Positions 62,920-64,000 of a stretch of 64,000 nt of DNA are shown here, piece after piece. Position 1 is the first letter of the stretch. Each line of letters starts with the position of its first letter. The notes under the pieces were generated by a model. The model was not told the DNA's origin and ran no database searches. It saw nothing but the letters and a program-made list of their open reading frames with translations. The stretch is from positions 2,847,305-2,911,304 of the forward strand of contig MU058451.1 of NCBI GenBank assembly GCA_013265495.1, in the 5' to 3' direction. The stretch is from Vicugna vicugna (Eukaryota). A program made the translations under genes and the position numbers.

Positions 62920-64000
62920 AGAGCAGATACAGTTGTGAAAACTGTACATTATACATTTTGGTTTCAAGGATTATAAATAAAGGAACTCACAGGTAGGGAG
63001 TTCTTTTTCACAGCAAGAAACTTTAAATAAACAAAGTCATGTTTTATTAAGTACATTGGCAGACTTCATGTGCTGTCCAAAATGTAGAGTACAGTATAAC
63101 AACCCATTAGAAAGAGCCTTTCATGTAAAATACAGCTGTGCACATTTTAGAAAAATACCAACAATTTGAGCTTTGTTTTAAAAAAGCTTATAAATCATAC
63201 ATATATTTATAAATGGAACCAACATGCTCACTTTATAAACATATCCTTTTATTATCTGTTACCCATTATTTCCAAAGCGTTACACATTTGAAATAAACAC
63301 TTGAGATTAAATATTTTATTTTATTTTATTTTTTTAAAAAATCAGCTTTCCCAGCATAAAGAGCTACGGGGTTAGGAAGGAGCAGTGGGAGTACTGGGGC
63401 TGACACAGGAACTTAAACGTTTCTTGGGTAAAAACGTACTTCCTAAATTTAAAAGTCAAAGCAAAATGTAAAAAATAAATAAATATACAAGTTGTAATTT
63501 TCATTTGCTCTCTTTCTTTCTTCATTCCATATTGGTCACACCCAGGATTCTCAACATATTGTACTTCTGCAAAAAACACCACTGGGTTACTCCCCTGCAG
63601 GTGAGAAAACAGAGTCCACACCTGTGCTAACATGTGAGGTGTCTCTTCCGCATTGAAAGGGTAGCAAATAAGATAAAAAGAACCTGATTAAACCATGCAG
63701 ATAGTGGAAATATTTAGGAATAGCTCCCTCTCCTCAATGTAATGTTTTACAGAGATTTAACAGATACCGTTCCTCCCCTGATTTCCTTTTTAAATAATTA
63801 TTTTTATAAAGACTATGTAGTTTCTCTAAATTAGCATGCTTCTGCATAATAAAGAATAAGTTATAAAACAGCAAAAAAAAATCAGATTGTGTCAGAAAAA
63901 CAAAGAACTGCAAAAGACGGGTACTTAAAACAAAAATGTCTAAGCCTTTAAAATGTGAACTAAAATTACAAAAGGACTTTGAAAAACACGAAAGGCATTA
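62890..64000 (-). other. Probable distal 3'UTR of an unidentified minus-strand gene extending beyond the window
   Basis: Repeat-free and AT-rich; minus-strand AATAAA at 63043-63048, 62914-62919 and 62895-62900; many UGUA motifs; AU-rich element at about 63473-63487; GU/U-rich downstream element at 62872-62887. Confidence 0.7.

Noticed and set aside
1..64000. The many short ORFs of the ORF track as host protein-coding genes
   Set aside because: No recognisable domains; many start at non-ATG codons or lie in repeats; only the L1-derived peptides are identifiable.
62890..64000. Assigning a gene symbol to the 3'UTR
   Set aside because: No coding sequence lies in the window, and I cannot reliably recognise the UTR without a search.

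Overview
Mammalian non-coding, repeat-rich genomic DNA, most likely from a camelid (alpaca, llama or camel), judged from the short tRNA-derived SINEs and the style of the young L1 3' ends. I found no intact host protein-coding exon: almost all ORF-track entries are chance ORFs or LINE-1 remnants. Contents: (i) a ~3.2-kb TSD-flanked LINE-1 derivative on the minus strand (5835-9003) that keeps the 5'UTR, ORF1, the last ~130 codons of ORF2, the 3'UTR and poly(A) but lacks nearly all of ORF2, and carries an 83-bp copy of nearby flanking DNA in its 3'UTR; (ii) many 5'-truncated L1s, almost all on the minus strand; (iii) ERV1/MaLR/ERVL solo LTRs, hAT-type DNA transposon relics, MIR and L2 fragments, and two tRNA-derived SINEs; (iv) several repeat-free, motif-dense blocks that look like enhancers; (v) the last ~1.1 kb, which looks like the distal 3'UTR and poly(A) sites of an unidentified minus-strand gene. 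Repeat family names come from recalled consensus sequences, not a database search, and boundaries of old repeats are approximate. The best candidates for something new are the ORF1-only L1 (possibly spliced or a non-autonomous family), the templated insertion inside it, the strong L1/LTR strand bias suggesting a hidden plus-strand transcript, and an inverted MaLR pair that may have been homogenised.
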